Below, piece after piece: positions 44,903 through 49,909 of a DNA stretch of 49,909 bases. Each line of letters opens with the position of its first letter. Position 1 is the first letter of the stretch. The notes beneath the pieces were generated by a model. That model made no database searches. It was not told where the DNA came from and saw nothing but the letters and a program-made list of their open reading frames with translations. The stretch spans positions 1 to 49,909 of the forward strand of contig NGBS01000923.1 of NCBI GenBank assembly GCA_002245135.1, read 5' to 3'. A program made the translations under genes and the position numbers. The stretch is from Proteromonas lacertae (taxonomy: Eukaryota).

Positions 44903-44956
44903 AAGGGAGGAGACTCCTATCTTCATTGGGGATTGAAGATAGGAGTCTCCTCCCTT
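44903..44956. terminator. Perfect 23-bp stem, 8-nt loop hairpin downstream of ORF 45044-45970
   Basis: AAGGGAGGAGACTCCTATCTTCA - TTGGGGAT - TGAAGATAGGAGTCTCCTCCCTT. The terminator role is inferred from position only. Confidence 0.5.
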
Positions 44957-45043
44957 AAAAAGAAGAACATTATGATCAAACTTATATAATAAATAAAAAA
45001 AAATAAACATCAATTCAATAAGATAACAATAATAATAATAATA

Positions 45044-45970
45044 TTAATCATCTTCGTCGTCACTAATTATAATTAGCTCATGATAAACCTTTTCTTCTTT
45101 CTTCATTCTCTCTTCTTCTTCTAATTTTCGTTTTTTACTCACTTGTAAATCTCTTGTGAAGAAATGGATTCTCTTTTTCTTTTGATTAATATTATCAATT
45201 GGAAATTTAATATTATATACAATATTATCAGGATAAATACTTGCTACTACTGATTCCATATCACCAAAACCTATAAAAAATAAAGAATTATCTAATTCAA
45301 CGTCATTATTATTTTTTCTTATATCACCTCCAAAATATCCTGTATAACCTGTTAAATATCCATCTATACTATCTCCAACTAAATCGAATTCGTTTCTAAT
45401 AGGATTTAATTTTATGTTCATATTTCCAAATGAACGAATGAATTTGTCTTTTTGATATATAGTTCTAGTATTAAAGGATTCCATAATTTTATTACTATAA
45501 TCTATAATTAATCTTGCATCTCTAATAGATTCTGATTTTGCTGATTTTCTTATAGGATTAAATGCAATTCTATTTAAATCATTTGTATTATAATAGAGAT
45601 AATTGTTTCTATATATTACATTTGTAATGTTGTATAAATATTCCAGCATTCTGAACAATCTATTAAATACAATTTTCTCCATTTTAAATGAACAAACATA
45701 GTTGACAAAATAGTTCAATACTGAAAACATGTGTATATTATTACATGAATTTGAATCATTAATCATATTAATTAATAATTTGGATAAAAATTTGATATAC
45801 ACTTTAATATAAGTTGCATCATATAGGAAACTTGATAAATCTACACCAATATAATTTATTATGTATATTAAATCTAATTTAAGTAAATTGAATGATAAAT
45901 ATATTAAATCCTGATATGTATGAGTATCTGAACATGTTCTAATGCAAGCACTTCTTCTTGTTCTTGCCAT
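45044..45970 (-). CDS. Hypothetical viral protein (308 aa) with NLS-like and SIM-like C-terminus
   Basis: Intact ATG ORF ending SKKRKLEEE...ELIIISDDEDD. Confidence 0.65.
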   Translation of the reverse strand: MARTRRSACIRTCSDTHTYQDLIYLSFNLLKLDLIYIINYIGVDLSSFLYDATYIKVYIKFLSKLLINMINDSNSCNNIHMFSVLNYFVNYVCSFKMEKIVFNRLFRMLEYLYNITNVIYRNNYLYYNTNDLNRIAFNPIRKSAKSESIRDARLIIDYSNKIMESFNTRTIYQKDKFIRSFGNMNIKLNPIRNEFDLVGDSIDGYLTGYTGYFGGDIRKNNNDVELDNSLFFIGFGDMESVVASIYPDNIVYNIKFPIDNINQKKKRIHFFTRDLQVSKKRKLEEEERMKKEEKVYHELIIISDDEDD

Positions 45971-46122
45971 TTCTTGCTATATAATATTAAAAAATCAAAT
46001 AAAATAATAAAATATAACGTAAAAATGGTTATTTAATTTTTGTTATTTTTTAATAACCCAAATTTTTAAAAACTTTAAATAGCAATATATAAACAATTTA
46101 ACAACAAATTAATAACATATAT

Positions 46123-46398
46123 TTAAATAGTTTGTTTATATCTACCTATCTTTGAGTTTATATTTGGTTTGCTTTTCAAAATGTCATTAATTTCAATCTG
46201 ACTTTTTAAATTGTTGATTGTTTCTTCATGAGCAAGACCTCTCTCTATAATCTCATTCATATTGACTCTCATATCTGACAGCTCTTGTGAATTAGGTAAG
46301 CAATTGTGAGATTTCATATATTTCCACAATGCCATAGCTATAATATAGAGAATAAAGACTAAGACGCTTAGAAATATGTTAAAATAATCGTTTTCCAT
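46123..46398 (-). CDS. Small single-pass membrane protein with coiled coil
   Basis: Hydrophobic IFLSVLVFILYIIAMALW followed by a heptad-like segment. Confidence 0.6.
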   Translation of the reverse strand: MENDYFNIFLSVLVFILYIIAMALWKYMKSHNCLPNSQELSDMRVNMNEIIERGLAHEETINNLKSQIEINDILKSKPNINSKIGRYKQTI

Positions 46399-46482
46399 TC
46401 AAAACAGAGTTTTTTAAAAGTAATTGAACAATTTAATTTAAAAAATTGAACAAAAAAACAAAATAAAACTATAAAAGACATA

Positions 46483-47121
46483 TTAATACATATAACCATT
46501 ATTCAAACTATCATTGAATAGATTGTTGTAACTCATATAACATTCATCACGTGCGATATCATTAATGCTATCAAGAGATAGATTGCTATTACTATTACTT
46601 TCTCTATTATTTAGAGAATAAAGCGTATTATAATTACTATTTATTACTTTTGATGTGTTTTTAATAAGTGTCTCAGATGGGATTATCTTCTTGACTTGTT
46701 CATTTAGATTAATTATCTTCTTTAATTGTTGTTGAATATTTTGTTGGTTTTCTATAATCCTTTTTTGACCCATAGTCCTCTTCTCTTTGTTATTAAAACT
46801 TCTTATGAATGATGATGATGAGAATGGAGGTAAATTGTTCTCATCTATTGCGAATTCTTTACTTAAGTCTCTAAACCATAAGCCTTTTTTAAGCCTTTCT
46901 TCTACATCGCATTGATACTCTGGATCAATGTACTGTAGTATATATCTAATTTCGTTGTATGTGAGTTCAGACTTCATACCAGAGATGTAATTATAAAGTT
47001 TAGTTCGAGTGGGAGATCTAATTTTACCATCATTTCTGAAACATCGCATTAATATATGCTTATCTAAGTTATTCAAACATAGATTAACCTTTTTAGATTG
47101 CTTAGAATTTTCTACGCTCAT
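46483..47121 (-). CDS. Hypothetical viral protein (~212 aa from MSVENSK)
   Basis: Long ORF divergent from the penton gene. Confidence 0.55.
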   Translation of the reverse strand: MSVENSKQSKKVNLCLNNLDKHILMRCFRNDGKIRSPTRTKLYNYISGMKSELTYNEIRYILQYIDPEYQCDVEERLKKGLWFRDLSKEFAIDENNLPPFSSSSFIRSFNNKEKRTMGQKRIIENQQNIQQQLKKIINLNEQVKKIIPSETLIKNTSKVINSNYNTLYSLNNRESNSNSNLSLDSINDIARDECYMSYNNLFNDSLNNGYMY

Positions 47122-47230
47122 CGTATAAACAGAAATTAAAAATATTAAATTGTGCAAAAATGCTTATAATATTAATAATGCTTATTATGCTTATTTCTTC
47201 AATTTCGGTTACACATTTATATAAAAACAA

Positions 47231-48220
47231 ATGATTCCTTATGAACATCGTACTTATTACCTTAATTCTGATATGGTATCTTCTGCTAATCAGTTTTCTA
47301 CTAAGTATAAAAAAGTTTTGCATTTACCTGCATTCGATGAAGATTATTCTGACATTTCATTGAAAGACTGTGTTATTCCTAATAGTTTTCCTACTATACA
47401 AGAGGATACTAATGACACTTTCAGTATATTCATAGATTTACAAGTTAATCCAAGTTATGGATCTTATAAATTTGATAGAGATGAATTATATAAAGGAGTT
47501 AAAATACCAGAAGGTTTTTATACTCAAGATCAAATACTTAAGATTATTAACAATGTATTCAAAGATATTACATTAAAAGATTTTATGCCTTATAATGAAG
47601 AAGTATTATCAGAGGATGATAAGAATATGCAAATGTTTATAGGTGATGTATTTGAAATAGATGATAAAGATGATTTTCAAACTAATCACTTACAAATAGT
47701 TGGTAAAACAACAGTCTTATATGATCCTGTTAGAAGTAGTGGTAAATATAGTTATCCAATATGTTGGATTAAAACTATTAAAATAGTTACTAAAGATTTA
47801 GCATATAAATATTTTGGTATATCAAAGAAAGGTTATTTTGATTGTTATAATCCAGAAGGTAATATTAAATTTGAACCAAGTATGATTAAAGATAATAAAG
47901 AAAGATATATTGAAAGACAATTACCATTAGTTCAATTACCTTTCAGACCTACTTTAATATGGGTTACTTCCATTACTATTAGAATGGATATAGTAAATAT
48001 AGATCAAGATAGTCATGTTTTAGATAGTATTCCTATAACAAATCCTGAATCAAGTTTTATCACTTATCAGAATTATGATATTTTTAATACTAGTAAAAAG
48101 TTTAATAATACTTATAGTAATGGTCAGATCATTTTGCAGATTACACAGCAAAATGGTTATGAGTTGAATTTAGATAATATAGAGTTTTGTATGAGTATTG
48201 TTGTTTTTAAAAGAACTTAA
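47231..48220 (+). CDS. Minor capsid (penton) protein, Polinton/PLV/virophage type
   Basis: YYLNS...NQFS, ISLKDCVIPNSFPTI, KIPEGFYT, ITIRMDIV...VLDSIP...SFITYQN and IILQITQQNGYELNLDNIEFCMSIV follow the single jelly-roll penton pattern. Confidence 0.8.
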   Translation: MIPYEHRTYYLNSDMVSSANQFSTKYKKVLHLPAFDEDYSDISLKDCVIPNSFPTIQEDTNDTFSIFIDLQVNPSYGSYKFDRDELYKGVKIPEGFYTQDQILKIINNVFKDITLKDFMPYNEEVLSEDDKNMQMFIGDVFEIDDKDDFQTNHLQIVGKTTVLYDPVRSSGKYSYPICWIKTIKIVTKDLAYKYFGISKKGYFDCYNPEGNIKFEPSMIKDNKERYIERQLPLVQLPFRPTLIWVTSITIRMDIVNIDQDSHVLDSIPITNPESSFITYQNYDIFNTSKKFNNTYSNGQIILQITQQNGYELNLDNIEFCMSIVVFKRT

Positions 48221-48256
48221 TTAATTTCTTTTTAATCTATTATTTCTTTGCTTAAT

Positions 48257-49686
48257 ATGTCTTTATCTATTCCTAAAGAACAAAAACATGGTGTAGAGAC
48301 ACCTGTTATGCTTCCTTTTTATCAATATGTAAAATTAAGTCCAGTTGGCTCAGCAAGTGATTGGACTATAAATGGGGATACATATACTCAAGAAATAAAG
48401 TTTGAATTAAGCGGAGATAACATAATTAACTTGTCTAAGTCTTACATTCAGTATGATCTTGTTATTAGAACTACGCCAATTAAAAGTAGTGTGCAAGCAT
48501 GGACTGGTAATGCAACTAGTGATAGAGATAGTTATCCTAATTTTATTAAAGGATTAAAAGAAGGTTTTGGTATTGCTTCATTCAGAATATGCAATCAGAC
48601 AGGTACAGATTTAGTTAGAGTGGATGATAGTTATGAACCATATCGTATATTTATGGATGAAATTGTTCGTAAGAGACCAGATTCAGTATTATCAAGCAAA
48701 TTATTATGATGGTATTAAATTGAAATGGAATGATAAAATTAAAGATAAAGTTATAGAAGATGAAGCTGAGTTTGTAATACCATATAATAAAAATATCAAA
48801 TAAAAGATGCTGCCGATAGTCATTATACATTTGATAATGAGCCAGAATTTAGATTACATGTTAAAATACCTTTAGGAAGATTTTATAATACATTTGCTGC
48901 AATGAAAAGTGATGTATTCTTTGCAGAACGTATGTATATATGTGTTAAATTCCAAACTATTGATAAATTTGGTCCATTTAAATCTTGGGCAAATAAAGCT
49001 ACTAGTAAAAAAGGTGAAACTAAAGTAGATTCTTCATTTAATTTTACAACACCAGAAGTTGTTGAGAATAACATAAAATAGAAAATATGAGATTTTATGC
49101 ATATTATAATAAGGATAGTCAATGCAATAACCAATACTAAAAACTATTGTTTATCTAACCAATACAATTCAATGATTTTAGATGTCATCAAGTTTCTTAT
49201 AGTTCTCCTAATGGAATATTCAATTATAGTTTTACATTGAATAGTTCTAATGGACCATTTTTAAGATTTATTATTTATAGACCATGGGATGAAGACGATA
49301 ATAAATGGTTACGTATACCAGAAAATGCACAATTTAGATGGATGATAAACGACTTTGTTCATCAACCAGATTATGCTTTAATGCAATATTATGATAGTTA
49401 TATGATGGTACAAGATTATTTTAAAGATTCTTGGTATGATGTTTTCAGACAAGATAAAAGTTTCAATGAGAAATTTTTCGAAATTTTAAACTTTGGTTCA
49501 AGAGATTTAGATAATATTAAGAATCAAGCAGGTAGACCTTTAGCTGCTGATTTAAAAATTACTTTTGAAATTAGTTGTCCTGGAGATCCAGCATTACAAC
49601 ACATAGAATATGTCATAAATTTTATATTATTACAGGTAGATTATGTACTATTAATGGAAGTGGTATTGTTAGTGTTGTTTAAATAA
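48257..49686 (+). pseudogene. Major capsid protein (double jelly-roll type) with several frameshifts/stops
   Basis: YQYVKLSP...IKFELSGDNIINLSKSYIQY, then in other frames HVKIPLGRFYNTFAAMKSDVFF, IENMRFYAY and YSFTLNSSNGPFLRFI. About 1.43 kb span directly after the penton. Confidence 0.7.
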
Positions 49687-49909
49687 CTATTCTCTTTATT
49701 CTTCTTATATTACTTATATCGACTATTTCTATTATTCTTTTTGTCTTTTAATATTTCTTATATTAAATAAATGCAACTTGAAAAAATAAACGATATTACA
49801 ATAAACCCTGTAGAGTCTGTTGAAAAAAAAAAAAGAAAAAGGGTAAAAATCTGTTGTTGGTTATGATTACTTTTCAGAACCTTTCTGCAATATTTTTGTT
49901 TTAGCTAAG

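Larger units (their letters stand above)
44643..49690. mobile_element. Second Polinton-like/PLV element (element 2), degenerate; boundaries approximate
   Basis: GC-rich repeat/hairpin segment at 44660-44960, then compact ORFs and an adjacent penton + major capsid pair. Confidence 0.72.

Overview
This is a very AT-rich eukaryotic genomic window with many short (about 25-45 nt) GTAT...TAG introns. That style fits a gut protist such as the Blastocystis/Proteromonas group, but the host assignment is inference only. (1) Positions 1-~11.86 kb are the right part of an integrated Polinton/Maverick-type (Preplasmiviricota) DNA virus. It carries a 956-aa protein ending in an adenain-like protease, a frameshifted rve integrase, a 1655-aa protein-primed PolB, small ORFs and a structured terminal region; a second, direct copy of that terminal region lies at 20.5-21.0 kb. 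(2) Host genes are a novel two-repeat protein, a Myb/DUF3755-like gene, RINT1/TIP20, a spliced Hsp70-like/pseudokinase/repeat chimera, TBCE (with an inverted duplicate of its 3' end) and an intronless PDR-type ABCG transporter. (3) The 19.8-31.5 kb interval is a transposon graveyard: a complete hAT with 8-bp TSD and one nonsense codon, a truncated hAT, two TGT...ACA MITEs with 5-bp TSDs, a Ulp1 relic and an inverted duplication carrying a biotin-carboxylase fragment. (4) From ~44.64 kb lies a second Polinton-like element with an intact penton and a frameshifted major capsid gene. Family assignments come from motif recognition by eye; no searches were run.
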